A DNA stretch of 34,395 nucleotides from an uncultured virus (IMG/VR IMGVR_UViG_3300037358_000205) (IMGVR_UViG_3300037358_000205); one strand, 5' to 3'; shown: positions 25,801-34,314, numbered from the stretch's first letter. Translations and numbers: made by a program. The notes: generated by a model not told the origin, from the letters alone.

Positions 25801-26160
25801 GAGAAGAAGGTAAAAGTGGTGCAGTTGCTCTTTACGAATCTGATGGCGACGCCGGCCTTCACGACAAAGCAAGCCTACGAGCCTTTCCTGCCGGTGCTGG
25901 TTTGCGTGCCCTGGTTGAATCCGGGGACCAAGGACGGGAAGCCAGTACCGAAAGCCAAGAGCGGGGACTTGATGACGCCGTGGAGCTTCGGGCTGGGGTT
26001 GCCGATCCCGGGCGACATCAAGCGGGCTTACATGGTGGTGTGGGAAAAGAGTAAATATTGGAAGGTGTTAGAGGCTCCCAAGAAGGGCCAGTATTTGCCG
26101 GTGGTGACTAATTCTTCGTGGGGATGGATCAAGACGAAGAAATGTAAAAAGAAGGGCTAG
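22798..26160 (+). CDS. large putative tail/baseplate hub protein with a Gly/Ser-rich insert
   Basis: 1120 aa. The N-terminal beta-rich region ending in WDITVADNRELL is hub-like, and VPVATQGIVPVRISGPVEAGD is a beta-clip-like motif seen in virion proteins. Function is inferred from context. Confidence 0.5.
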   Translation: MNFAGGVVKSARFTQAWGASPGSGTLEVLGKMEVNVSVAVAFTLGSVTINGVVKKAEKKEQGEGGRLWDITVADNRELLSWDHLECMFNMVEIVEEKVDQPGVHRSKRYYSVYPDDWKALKRTYTTDKKGKARALTAKEILDAIFKAKGIRYDFTFEDHKNLAKAPQAVDAQNGKEVSALVQEVLDKVGLLMTIKGMNLSFCVKGEGQEPEKKEYSESITTGEALSNNATQVRIIGDRNLYQDLPVKLNPSWNRKWEDFVFEPDWLEAVEKHFGPYASDMVGRAERVLKSRQVTVREFCAKKKGKRFEDFGKWGEVSRMEIPAWVYLQEIVWKAYEIDRAFKLNGLDLFSLELKEGLLRAVTFDVKGKLSYAKPEELYPDTKAFIIMKGQPIDLTDPSKTDVLDPKQFEHLKELWWSANRFHLDPKNYAVIFEDPIFVPTCKKGGGGGSSSGSNSHSGGGGSNSQDSESQSGSQHTGQELTRLLDPATPEFEGVDSAGGGSGGDGSGNGAGGNGESAGWSTGLGSSYGGNGRAGKAKNNCSLFIYPNQALPASHPARNIVVPNADAEFQPAEIRGSFCFAGEKFSKEFGAGHKHGAVSVPGIGYHALMEEGAWKEEVKYADDEGAEKKAKDAAEAYTDKQQTYKDGGLVNKGVCATELNGAIDRATYSLSTRGLEETLEYAKERAPSNFENERELERQKEQGELFPGQRAERQEVDELSYWARILKAMKQGQQAKPYLNLNDILLKPPGAIHCSPTVVYPSKPVNAGDCIFKDGQKVDDKGDAFVGVVTCKISSKMAVPVATQGIVPVRISGPVEAGDAVGCEPGTRVATAATPSTRPVGVVTMSYDGKHGEVLLPTRLGAAGPMARTPYEVLPVLDKKGKVTKLKVWKESFLLVSANKKAYTQTISGLGKSFSVGKKGDKIYMRLKVTDDNSTDNVDQFAVPSQAKIMHGPAWTHFPDPIEIKQGKSKDRWDKNSKQSYFYQIIAELVDVDDSRPGFVIPEKKVKVVQLLFTNLMATPAFTTKQAYEPFLPVLVCVPWLNPGTKDGKPVPKAKSGDLMTPWSFGLGLPIPGDIKRAYMVVWEKSKYWKVLEAPKKGQYLPVVTNSSWGWIKTKKCKKKG

Positions 26161-26162
26161 GT

Positions 26163-27089
26163 ATGGCTGCGACAGTGATGCTTTATGATGGTGGCGTTTT
26201 GTTGAAGGACGGCAAGGTTGCCATCGACCCGAAGTGCTGTTGTAAAAAGCAGCAAGACAGCAGTAGCAGCGGCGGACCTGGCCCCAGCAATAGCAATAGC
26301 CACAGCGGGCACAGTCACAAGCATAGCCACAGCCACAAGCACAGCCACAGCCACAAGCACAGCCACAGCCACAGCCATAGCCACTCGAAGAGTCATTCGA
26401 AGAGTCATTCAAAGAGTTCGAGCCATCCGAGCAGTAGCAGTCACCCGAGTAGCCATTCGAGTAATCCGAGCAGCCGTTCGAGTAATCCGAGCAGCCGTTC
26501 GAGCCAGCCGAGCAGTAGCAGTCGCCCGAGCCACAGTAGCGGTCCAAGCAGTAGTCGTCCGAGCAGCAGCCGTCCGAGCAGCAGCCGTCCGAGCAGCTCG
26601 TCGAGTTCGAGCAGCTCGTCGAGTTCGAGTAGTTCGTCGTCGAGTTCATCATCGAGCAGTTCGTCGTCAAGCAGCTCGTCTTCGGGCAGTTCGTCGAGTT
26701 CATCGAGTTCATCGAGTAGTTCCTCGTCGAGTTCCAGCGGTGGTAGTACGTGCTACACCATTCCTGACGCGGGGGACTCTCAATCAAGTGACGGGATATG
26801 TAGTGGCACGCAGTACCCCATTGGTACATGGACGAATCCATATTCCGTCGCGGCGACGTGCGAAGTTTCCGGTAATGTAAACGACCAGATTGTGATTAAC
26901 GGCGTTGTCTCCGGTGGCGACCCTGATTGCCCTTACGGGCCTTGTAATTGCGCAGGATCGTTCGATTACTCATTCGAGATCGAGGCCGGGGGGACTGTCA
27001 CGATTGCCGTCCAGAACAACTATGATCCGGGGTGGGACATTCAAGGGGCCACTATCTGCTTCACCCCGCTCTCTTCGCCCCCGCCATGA
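26163..27089 (+). CDS. Ser/His-rich mucin-like protein with Cys-containing ends
   Basis: KCCCK, (SHKH)n, (SSRP)n, a long poly-Ser run encoded by mixed Ser codons, and a C-terminal Cys-containing beta domain. Confidence 0.75.
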   Translation: MAATVMLYDGGVLLKDGKVAIDPKCCCKKQQDSSSSGGPGPSNSNSHSGHSHKHSHSHKHSHSHKHSHSHSHSHSKSHSKSHSKSSSHPSSSSHPSSHSSNPSSRSSNPSSRSSQPSSSSRPSHSSGPSSSRPSSSRPSSSRPSSSSSSSSSSSSSSSSSSSSSSSSSSSSSSSGSSSSSSSSSSSSSSSSSGGSTCYTIPDAGDSQSSDGICSGTQYPIGTWTNPYSVAATCEVSGNVNDQIVINGVVSGGDPDCPYGPCNCAGSFDYSFEIEAGGTVTIAVQNNYDPGWDIQGATICFTPLSSPPP

Positions 27090-28288
27090 TGCACGCGCTC
27101 AAGATCGAGGAGCTAAGAATGGTGGCTCCCTTTAGGAAGCGGGGCTATTTCAAGGAGTGCCGAAAAAGGGCGGTGGAAAAGAAGGGCGGATACCTTTTTG
27201 TAACCGAAGCCGATTACCTAGAATTGGGGCGTCTGTTTGTGCCTAATAAGGGCCAGAAAGTAACTTTAGCCAAGAAGCGCGAACGCGACCCCTACGACCA
27301 AAGCAAGTGGCCTGGGTACATCAAAAAATGGGCTACGAAACGGGTGAAGAAGGATCGTGGTGCCGGTGACGTATTCGCGCGATTGAAGGCGAGTGGCGAA
27401 CTTGAAAACACTTGTGGATGCACGGAGAGGAGCGAGATTCAGACTCGGCGCAAAAGCCTTAACCGCGCATTCCCGTTTCCTCCGAAGCGTTACCTGACGG
27501 TTTGCGCGATTGCGAAGGATGAATTGGATATTGAGGAGTGGGTGGCGTATCACATCGCGGTTGGCGTCGATCATATCCAAATTTACGACAACGAGAGTGC
27601 GGTCCCGATCCGGCGAGTGCTGCGCAAGTGGATAAAGGCGGAGAAGGTGACGGTGGAGATCGCGAAGGGGGTAAAGATTCAGAACAGGCTTTATACCCGG
27701 TTTCTGTCGAAGTCAGAGTCAAGGTGGGTGGCGTGCATAGACATTGACGAATACCTGGTGCCGCTCAAAACGGATAATGTGAAGGATGTCCTCCGGGGCT
27801 TCGAGGGCTACGCGGGATTGGGGGTGTTCTGGAAAGTGTTTGGGTCGAACGGCCATGTAAATCGACCTCAGAGCCTCGTGATGGAAGCCTACACGCGGAC
27901 AACCGTTGGCTGGTTCGATACCTACCTACGGAGGAACCGCTGGCCGCAATACAAGACGCTTGTGCAGCCTCGCTATGCCAAATGGTTCAGGGACCCGCAT
28001 CGTTGCAAATACGGCGAGGGATGCGCGGTGAATGACGCGGGGGTTGAAATTCCGCGTCATGGTCCGCCTCACGGGCCTCCTTCAAACACGCTGATTCAGA
28101 TAAACCATTACATCGGAAAATCATTGGAGGACTTCCGACTAAAACAGGCCCGCAAGGGAGCGATGTGCAACAAACCGCGGCCTTTCAAGCAATGGCATTA
28201 CTGGGAGAGAAATTGCAACGCGGTTGAGGATCGCACCGCCCTTCGGTTCCTGCCGAAAGTTAAGGCGTTGCTGGAGCAAATGAAATAA
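27086..28288 (+). CDS. glycosyltransferase, GT92/DUF23-like, with an extra N-terminal domain
   Basis: YLTVCAIAKDE..IEEWVAYH..GVDHIQIYDNES, WVACIDIDEYL, VFGSNGH, INHY.KS.ED; the N-terminal domain carries GAGD...CGC...R..LN. Confidence 0.85.
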   Translation: MMHALKIEELRMVAPFRKRGYFKECRKRAVEKKGGYLFVTEADYLELGRLFVPNKGQKVTLAKKRERDPYDQSKWPGYIKKWATKRVKKDRGAGDVFARLKASGELENTCGCTERSEIQTRRKSLNRAFPFPPKRYLTVCAIAKDELDIEEWVAYHIAVGVDHIQIYDNESAVPIRRVLRKWIKAEKVTVEIAKGVKIQNRLYTRFLSKSESRWVACIDIDEYLVPLKTDNVKDVLRGFEGYAGLGVFWKVFGSNGHVNRPQSLVMEAYTRTTVGWFDTYLRRNRWPQYKTLVQPRYAKWFRDPHRCKYGEGCAVNDAGVEIPRHGPPHGPPSNTLIQINHYIGKSLEDFRLKQARKGAMCNKPRPFKQWHYWERNCNAVEDRTALRFLPKVKALLEQMK

Positions 28289-28291
28289 TTT

Positions 28292-29215
28292 ATGAGACGC
28301 GTGCGTGAATTGCCAAGATTTGACGGCCCTGAGGAGATGGGTGAGTCATCCAGCCCGGAGCAATCCAATCCGCCACCGCCGCCCCAGCCCCCCGAGCCAA
28401 CGCCGCAAAAAGTAACTTGTCAGAAGCCGAGTTACTACCTGACTGTTTGCGCCATTGCCCGAGATGAATTGGACTTGCTGGAATGGATCGCCTACCAATT
28501 CGCGATTGGGGTCGAGCATATCCATCTCTTCGACAACGAGAGCATTATTCCCATCGCGGAAAGGATTCCGAAATGGATCGAGGCCGGGAAGGTGTCGGTG
28601 GAGAGGGTTAGGGGCCGAAGGGTGCAGACGCAATGTTACACCCGCCATCTGAGAAGGGCGCAGTCACAGTGGACCGCGTATATCGACGTTGACGAATTCA
28701 TGCTTCCGCATCACACGGACGATCTAAAGACCGTGTTGGCGGGGTTTGAGAAATTCGGTGCTCTTATCATCCCCTGGATAACCTTCGGCTCCAACGGGCA
28801 TCAGGCGAGGCCGGAGAGCGTTCTTGAGGCGTACACGATGCGAGGCCCGAAAAGATTCAGCCTCTATGGATCATTGCCCCAGCATAAATCCATCGTGCAA
28901 AATCGCTTCGCGTGGAAATGCCCTAACCCGCATTACTTCCGCTATCTGAGCGGGCACTATTCCGTGGATACCAACAGGAAGAGGCATTGGGGCTGGCATT
29001 CCACAAGCCGTCCGGAAGTGGTTCAACTTAACCACTACATGACGAAATCGGGGGAGGACTGGCTTCTCAAGCAGGAGCGCTTGGGCGGATTTACGGCAAA
29101 GCCGCGCTCGCAATTCACATGGGGCGCGGTGGAGTCAAAGTGCAACCAGATCGAGGATTTGGGAATTCTGCGCTTCATGCCCGCCGTGAAAGCGCTTATG
29201 GAGGAGTTTCGATGA
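28292..29215 (+). CDS. glycosyltransferase, GT92/DUF23-like
   Basis: YLTVCAIARDE, HLFDNES, YIDVDEF, FGSNGH, LNHYMTKS. Confidence 0.85.
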   Translation: MRRVRELPRFDGPEEMGESSSPEQSNPPPPPQPPEPTPQKVTCQKPSYYLTVCAIARDELDLLEWIAYQFAIGVEHIHLFDNESIIPIAERIPKWIEAGKVSVERVRGRRVQTQCYTRHLRRAQSQWTAYIDVDEFMLPHHTDDLKTVLAGFEKFGALIIPWITFGSNGHQARPESVLEAYTMRGPKRFSLYGSLPQHKSIVQNRFAWKCPNPHYFRYLSGHYSVDTNRKRHWGWHSTSRPEVVQLNHYMTKSGEDWLLKQERLGGFTAKPRSQFTWGAVESKCNQIEDLGILRFMPAVKALMEEFR

Positions 29216-30039
29216 AATATCTAACCGGGTGCGCCATTGTACAGGACGAAATCGACCTTCCTGAGTGGGTGGCGTACTGCTTTGCAATCGGCTTTGAGCA
29301 TATTTATTTTTATGACAACGAGAGCGCCGTGCCGGTGGCGGAAACGCTGGCTTCGTGGGTGGGTGAAGGAAGGGTAACGGTGAGCCCTATCTATGGCGCG
29401 AAGCAACAAATGCCCGCGTACAAGGATTTCCTTTCGGGATGGAGGGGAAAATCCCGGTGGGCTGCGTTCATCGACCCCGACGAATTCATTCTCCCGCATC
29501 AAACGAACGACCTGAGAGAGTTGTTGCAGGGATATGAAGCCTTTGGAGGCTTGTCGATCCCGTGGTGCGTGTACGGGAGCAATGGGAGGATCGAGCGGCC
29601 CGAGGGCCTGGTGATCGAGAGTTACACCAAACGCGGCCCGGTGATGTTCAGCTTGAGGAAGGATTTTGTCGCGCCGGCCATAGCGCCGCCGCAGGGCAAG
29701 ACCATCGCGCAACTGAGCTATGCGCGGACAATGAATCCCCACCGCTTTGCTTATCGGGGCAATCGCTTTGACGTGAATGAAAACCGCCTCCCGATGTCGC
29801 GCGTCATGGGATGCCACAAGAGAGGGGAAAATCTCTTCTCGTGTGAGGCGGTGCAGGTCAACCATTACATCGTGAAGAGTCTGGAGGATTGGTCATTGAA
29901 GCGGGGGCGCGGCGACCCCTACAGCCCGCCCAGGACGAACGATGAATTGGCGTTCATAGAGAGCCGATGCAATGAAATCACGGATATCCGCATCCTGCGT
30001 TTCGCCCCAGCCGTGCGGGCCTTGATGGAGAAACACTGA
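29212..30039 (+). CDS. glycosyltransferase, GT92/DUF23-like
   Basis: MKYLTGCAIVQDE, FYDNES, FIDPDEF, YGSNG, VNHYIVKS; ATGA coupling at 29212. Confidence 0.85.
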   Translation: MKYLTGCAIVQDEIDLPEWVAYCFAIGFEHIYFYDNESAVPVAETLASWVGEGRVTVSPIYGAKQQMPAYKDFLSGWRGKSRWAAFIDPDEFILPHQTNDLRELLQGYEAFGGLSIPWCVYGSNGRIERPEGLVIESYTKRGPVMFSLRKDFVAPAIAPPQGKTIAQLSYARTMNPHRFAYRGNRFDVNENRLPMSRVMGCHKRGENLFSCEAVQVNHYIVKSLEDWSLKRGRGDPYSPPRTNDELAFIESRCNEITDIRILRFAPAVRALMEKH

Positions 30040-30040
30040 T

Positions 30041-30646
30041 ATGCCCAAAGTATTCGTAATTGGACTAAGCAAAACGGGTACGACGAGCCTGACGGCGGCA
30101 TTGAGGATATTGGGCTATAGCGCGAAGCACTTGCCGGAGGTTTCGGAAATCCGCCGATTCGATGCCGTGGCAGACATTAGCGTGGCCGTGATGTTCAGAA
30201 CGCTCGACAAGTGGTTTCCCGGCTCGAGGTTCATCTACACAACTCGCGATGAAGAATCGTGGCTTAATGCTTGCGAGCGTCATTTTTCGGAGAGCACGGT
30301 CAGCCGGGACAGGTGGTTTCGGGAATTGCGCATGAGGGTGTTCGGCTGTGCCTACTTCGACCGCTCCTTGTTCACGGAGGCATACAAGGTTCACGATGAC
30401 AGAGTGAGGGAGTATTTTGCAGGGCGGGACGATTGCCTCGTGCTCAATGTCCGCGAGTTGGGCTGGGAGCCGGTTTGCGCCTTCCTTGGGAAGCCCGTCC
30501 CCGACCTTCCGTTCCCATGGGAGAAAAAGGGTTTCAACCCATCGCGCGGCAAGCCCAAGAAAGGCCGGAGGACCCGCAAGGAACGGCGTCGCCCATGGAT
30601 GTGGAAGCAATGGGACAGGTGCGTTCTCTCCGGTAAAAACAAATGA
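30041..30646 (+). CDS. sulfotransferase family protein (Sulfotransfer_4-like P-loop)
   Basis: KVFVIGLSKTGTTSL..AL..LGY, FPGSRFIYTTRD..SWL, GWEPVCAFLG.PVP..PFP. Confidence 0.8.
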   Translation: MPKVFVIGLSKTGTTSLTAALRILGYSAKHLPEVSEIRRFDAVADISVAVMFRTLDKWFPGSRFIYTTRDEESWLNACERHFSESTVSRDRWFRELRMRVFGCAYFDRSLFTEAYKVHDDRVREYFAGRDDCLVLNVRELGWEPVCAFLGKPVPDLPFPWEKKGFNPSRGKPKKGRRTRKERRRPWMWKQWDRCVLSGKNK

Positions 30647-31350
30647 AACTCCTGCTCTCGATGACAACCATCCAGGCCCGACTGGAAGACGCCCGCCGCG
30701 TGCTCGCCTCGTTTCGGGACCAAACGCGCCCAGCCGATGAAACGCACCTGTACGTCTCAAGGGAGGGCTACATTTTTGACACGGGCATCGCAGATCCGGG
30801 GCCGGTGGCGGCTGACGTCCACTTCGTCCCCAACACCGGCCCGTACCGCAAGCTGCTCCCGCTGATTCGGGAGCGATGGAATGAAGACGTGCTGATTGTC
30901 ACGATTGACGACGACGGGGCTTATCCGCCTTGGTTCCTTGAGCGGCTCGTGGACGGGTACGAACGTACCGGCTGCATAACCTGCTTCCGTGCCAAGCGCG
31001 CGAAGCGAAGGGGTGACGGGCGATTTAAGCCCTTCCTGTCATGGCCTGGCGTCCAGCCAACGGAGGAATCTGTTTCGCTGTTCAATTACCCGCTTGGCTC
31101 GTGGGGCATCCTCTACAGCCCCCGGCATTTTTCGGAGCGAGTGTTTGACGAGGCCGCGATGAAGGCTTCGCCGACCGCCTGCGAGCCGTGGCTCTACGGG
31201 AACGCCTATTTCCGCCAGACAAGGACCTGTGTTCTGCGGGGCCGGTTTCCGATGCTGCGCGAGAACAAAGATTGCCTCTGGAAAATCAACGCCGAAAAAC
31301 AGGACGCCCGCTTGCGTGCCGTGTGGCTGTATTTTGGGCATGTGTTCTAA
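30643..31350 (+). CDS. GT-A fold glycosyltransferase
   Basis: SMTTI..RL, GPYRKLLP, IVTIDDD..YP, GSWGILYSP. Confidence 0.75.
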   Translation: MKLLLSMTTIQARLEDARRVLASFRDQTRPADETHLYVSREGYIFDTGIADPGPVAADVHFVPNTGPYRKLLPLIRERWNEDVLIVTIDDDGAYPPWFLERLVDGYERTGCITCFRAKRAKRRGDGRFKPFLSWPGVQPTEESVSLFNYPLGSWGILYSPRHFSERVFDEAAMKASPTACEPWLYGNAYFRQTRTCVLRGRFPMLRENKDCLWKINAEKQDARLRAVWLYFGHVF

Positions 31351-31355
31351 CCCTT

Positions 31356-31904
31356 ATGCAAACCCCGCTCTTTCGAATCAAACCCGCGGAGCCCCGATCC
31401 GCGCCGGCTCTCGCCTCTCAATCCGCTTACGAGTGGATTGACGTATCGGCCGTAGCGGCGGCGCGGCCTGATCGACGCGCGAGGGAGGTAGCGGCTTCGC
31501 TGGCCCACGCGAGGGCGCTGGAGGCGTTTTTGGACACGCTGGCTCCCTTCGGGGTGGTGATCGAGGACGATGCGATCCTGGCGCCGAATACTTCGTGGAT
31601 GCTTCTGGCCGGGTACGATTTCTTTGTGCCGTTCGGTCACAATCGAAAAAAGCGCCCTCCGGAGGCGATTATCAACGTGGGGTATGTCCCGAGGTCGGGG
31701 GCGTTCGCTTACGTTGCGAGTCGCCGGTTTGCCTTATCCTGCCTGCCCCGGCTCCACGCGGGCGAAGTGGCCGATAAGGCAATGCGCCGTGCGGCGGATG
31801 GGATGCGGATTGCCTCCTATCGCGGGAATCTCGTGAACCATGACAACCACTCCCCGTCGATGATTTCGGAGGCGAGGCGATTGAAATTCCTGAGACGAAA
31901 GTAA
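31356..31904 (+). CDS. glycosyltransferase, GT25-like
   Basis: AASLAH..AL, VVIEDDA, GAFAYVASRRFA, VAD; start MQTPL at 31356. Confidence 0.65.
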   Translation: MQTPLFRIKPAEPRSAPALASQSAYEWIDVSAVAAARPDRRAREVAASLAHARALEAFLDTLAPFGVVIEDDAILAPNTSWMLLAGYDFFVPFGHNRKKRPPEAIINVGYVPRSGAFAYVASRRFALSCLPRLHAGEVADKAMRRAADGMRIASYRGNLVNHDNHSPSMISEARRLKFLRRK

Positions 31905-31908
31905 CTTT

Positions 31909-32376
31909 TCAGACGTGGCGAGGGTCGGGCTTTGCGCCTTGGGCCTCTTCCACCAGATCGCGAATGTCCGCGAGTTGGCGGCGTAGAGCGCGTGATTGGG
32001 GGGCGCGGCGAATGATCGTGGCGAGGGCGTTGATCGTATCGGTATCGAGGTTCCCTTTCTGGCAAAGGGCGTCAAGGGTGCCGTGCGGACGCGCCGGGGA
32101 GGCTTTCCCGTGGGTGACGGTGCGGACTTCGATCAAATGATTGAGCGAGGCTAAACGCTGGTCGCGCAGGTAGGCGGCGAGAAGCTCGGCCTGGTCCGCC
32201 TTCTTGCTGCTGACGCCAAGGCAAATCTTCTCAAGCGTCTCAGGGTTGCAGGATAGCCTGACGCCGGTGATGAACTTGCTGAAAGCTGACGGGTGAACGC
32301 CGATTTTAACCGCGATTTCCCTGGCGGATGAATCGCTGGGAATTAACTGTTTTAGGGTGTTGCCAAATTCGCTCAT
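31909..32376 (-). CDS. XRE-family HTH repressor
   Basis: FGNTLKQL...AREIAVKIGVHPSAFSKFITG; transcribed divergently from the small genes to its right. Confidence 0.8.
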   Translation of the reverse strand: MSEFGNTLKQLIPSDSSAREIAVKIGVHPSAFSKFITGVRLSCNPETLEKICLGVSSKKADQAELLAAYLRDQRLASLNHLIEVRTVTHGKASPARPHGTLDALCQKGNLDTDTINALATIIRRAPQSRALRRQLADIRDLVEEAQGAKPDPRHV

Positions 32377-32769
32377 AACGGGTTGAAATAAATATCGGAC
32401 TAGCCAATTTTGTCAACATTCAAAAATGTGGGTGGAAAATTACTGACCGAAAATTGCGGTGAATAACTCACTGGATTTCAGGTACGTGACCGGCCCGGCT
32501 ATAGCGCGGGGGCTATGGGGCGAATGTCTAAAGCGCGCGCGCAAGGGGGTGTGAACAACTCGAAACTCAACCGTATATGCCCGGTTTCGCGCGCGGCCTC
32601 ATTTGCCTGTTTATCCGCCGCACATTACCTTACCCCCTTTTACGTGAAAACCCCGAATCCCTTACCCCAAATTTACATGAAAAACCCGTCTATTCCGCCG
32701 CTGGTTCGCAAATCTTTTGCGAATTTACTTTTTGACAATGTGACAAAAAAGCTCACGCTCCCAACACCC

Positions 32770-32952
32770 ATGAGTAGTGACTTTCAGAGAATCGCGAACG
32801 CCATCGAGAATCTTCTCGGAGTGGCCGTCGAGTCGAGGAGCATAAAACGACGCAGGGCGGTGGCGCGGTGGTCTGCAATCGTCAAAGCTGAACTTCAAAA
32901 AGAAGCCGCCGCCGCCACGCCGCGCACAAACAGGGTGGGGGTGGTCGGATGA
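32770..32952 (+). CDS. small hypothetical protein
   Basis: MSSDFQRIANAIE... downstream of TTGACA at 32732; ATGA coupling to the next gene. Confidence 0.5.
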   Translation: MSSDFQRIANAIENLLGVAVESRSIKRRRAVARWSAIVKAELQKEAAAATPRTNRVGVVG

Positions 32953-33194
32953 AGTTTTCCGCCATCCGCACCCCTGAGAAGCGGTCCCTTGATCTGGATG
33001 AGGCGGCTGAGTTCGTCGGCGGCATTGGCAACCTGCGGATGTACCGCGCGCTCGGTTGGCTCGCTCCCTACATCGAGCGGCACCGAATGACGCGGTTTGA
33101 TCTGAACGATCTTCACGCCGCCATCGACCGTCATAAGCAGACGGGCGACGAGGAGGCTAGGCGGCAGCTTGAGACGGTTGCTGTGGCAGCGTAG
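32949..33194 (+). CDS. excisionase-like HTH protein
   Basis: LDLDEAAEFVG...GWLAP...RFDLNDL; convergent with the integrase. Confidence 0.65.
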   Translation: MKFSAIRTPEKRSLDLDEAAEFVGGIGNLRMYRALGWLAPYIERHRMTRFDLNDLHAAIDRHKQTGDEEARRQLETVAVAA

Positions 33195-34314
33195 CGGGGA
33201 AGTGATCGTCTATCGCTCTATCATCAACGCGCAAATGAGCGTAATGCCTCTCAACCACCCGGATGCCATCTCCGAGGTATTGCGCGACCTTGAAGAGACT
33301 CGCCCCCGAAAACACCAAATGGGAGGCGAAGCTGTGCCGCATGACGTGAGGGGTTGCCCACTCGAAACCCTTGCTAATCATGTATTCGGTGTAGGGGCGG
33401 CGGAAGTCGTAGCGGTAGCGCCACGCGCCTTTCTCTACGTCAGGCCGAAGCATGTAGGGGCCGTCGCTCGGGTAGTGTTCGAGGAATTGTGCGAAGTCGA
33501 GCGTCATGGGGATAGCGCGGAGGGCCTCGCGGTCCTTCTGGCGAAAGCCTGCCGGTGTGGTTTCACGATCCTCGCTTATGACCCTAACGAGCCTGCTTTT
33601 CTTGTCGAACCAAGCGGGCTTGGCGTTGACGATTTCATCCCGGCGAAGGCCGGCGTGGAATCCGCAATAGAGGATGAAGCGGATGTCGTCATTCGGGGCC
33701 TCCGCGATGAGCTTCTGAAAATCCTCGAAGTTCACGAAGCTGATTTTGGCGTAGCTGTCCACCTTTCGGAGTTCGAGTTCGGCCCAGGGATTTTGATGCG
33801 TGGTTCCCTTGGAAATGAGCCACGTCCAGAATCCTTGAAGGACGGCGACGTAGCTGTTGGCGGTGATCGGCTTCATGGGGGTTGCTCTCCGGCTCGGGCA
33901 TTTCGAATTGCGCGGGAGAGGTTCGGAAAGGAGCCGGTTGTAAAAGGCTTCGGCGTCACTCTTTTTGATCTGGTGAGGGGCGTGTTTTTCGTGGAGGCCA
34001 GCGAAGGTATCGAGGAAGAGTCTCTTGTTGCGGGCGGTGTTCTCGCTGAAAAGATTGAGGCGTTTTTTCTCGGCCAGATAGTTGTCGATTTCAGCCCTCC
34101 ATCCGGTTGTCTCGGCGCGGACGCATGGAGCGTTCTGAATGGCGGCGGCGCGGGCGATGGCTTCGACGTAATTGGTGGTTTCAAGATCGACGTAAACGCT
34201 CTTGAAATTGACGGTCTTTTTGAACCAGTAAACGCCGCGATCCTTGCGGAAGTAAACGCCCCTCACTTTGGTTGCGCTGTGCGGCAATTTTGTCTTCTTT
34301 TTGTGGTTTGTCAT
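33157..34314 (-). CDS. int: tyrosine recombinase / phage integrase
   Basis: GLRRDEI (catalytic R), HVMRHSFAS (HxxR), LGD, HYAH (catalytic Y), and an arm-binding-like N-terminus. Likely start MTNHK at 34314. Confidence 0.92.
   Translation of the reverse strand: MTNHKKKTKLPHSATKVRGVYFRKDRGVYWFKKTVNFKSVYVDLETTNYVEAIARAAAIQNAPCVRAETTGWRAEIDNYLAEKKRLNLFSENTARNKRLFLDTFAGLHEKHAPHQIKKSDAEAFYNRLLSEPLPRNSKCPSRRATPMKPITANSYVAVLQGFWTWLISKGTTHQNPWAELELRKVDSYAKISFVNFEDFQKLIAEAPNDDIRFILYCGFHAGLRRDEIVNAKPAWFDKKSRLVRVISEDRETTPAGFRQKDREALRAIPMTLDFAQFLEHYPSDGPYMLRPDVEKGAWRYRYDFRRPYTEYMISKGFEWATPHVMRHSFASHLVFSGASLFKVAQYLGDGIRVVERHYAHLRVDDRAIDDHFPATLPQQPSQAAA

Larger units (their letters stand above)
1351..31908. 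repeat. dispersed 11-bp interrupted palindrome AAAGTWACTTT
   Basis: Perfect copies start at 1351, 6775, 8684, 10529, 12614, 19446, 22478, 25730, 27257 and 31898; one-mismatch copies at 14325, 17705 and 28409. Confidence 0.9.

Noticed and set aside
26260..26745. Non-coding microsatellite, or the alternative-frame ORFs (26068-26841 minus, 26218-26880 plus)
   Set aside because: Mixed TCG/TCA/AGT/AGC codons preserve Ser in one frame, indicating protein-level selection on 26163-27089.
27086..31904. Gtr-type O-antigen seroconversion cassette
   Set aside because: There is no GtrA flippase, bactoprenol glucosyltransferase or multi-membrane GtrC-like protein.
33157..34314. Integron integrase (IntI) with a classical attC array
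   Set aside because: The protein has a phage-type N-terminal domain, sits with xis-like and repressor genes more than 15 kb from the array, and the repeats lack attC RYYYAAC/GTTRRRY ends.
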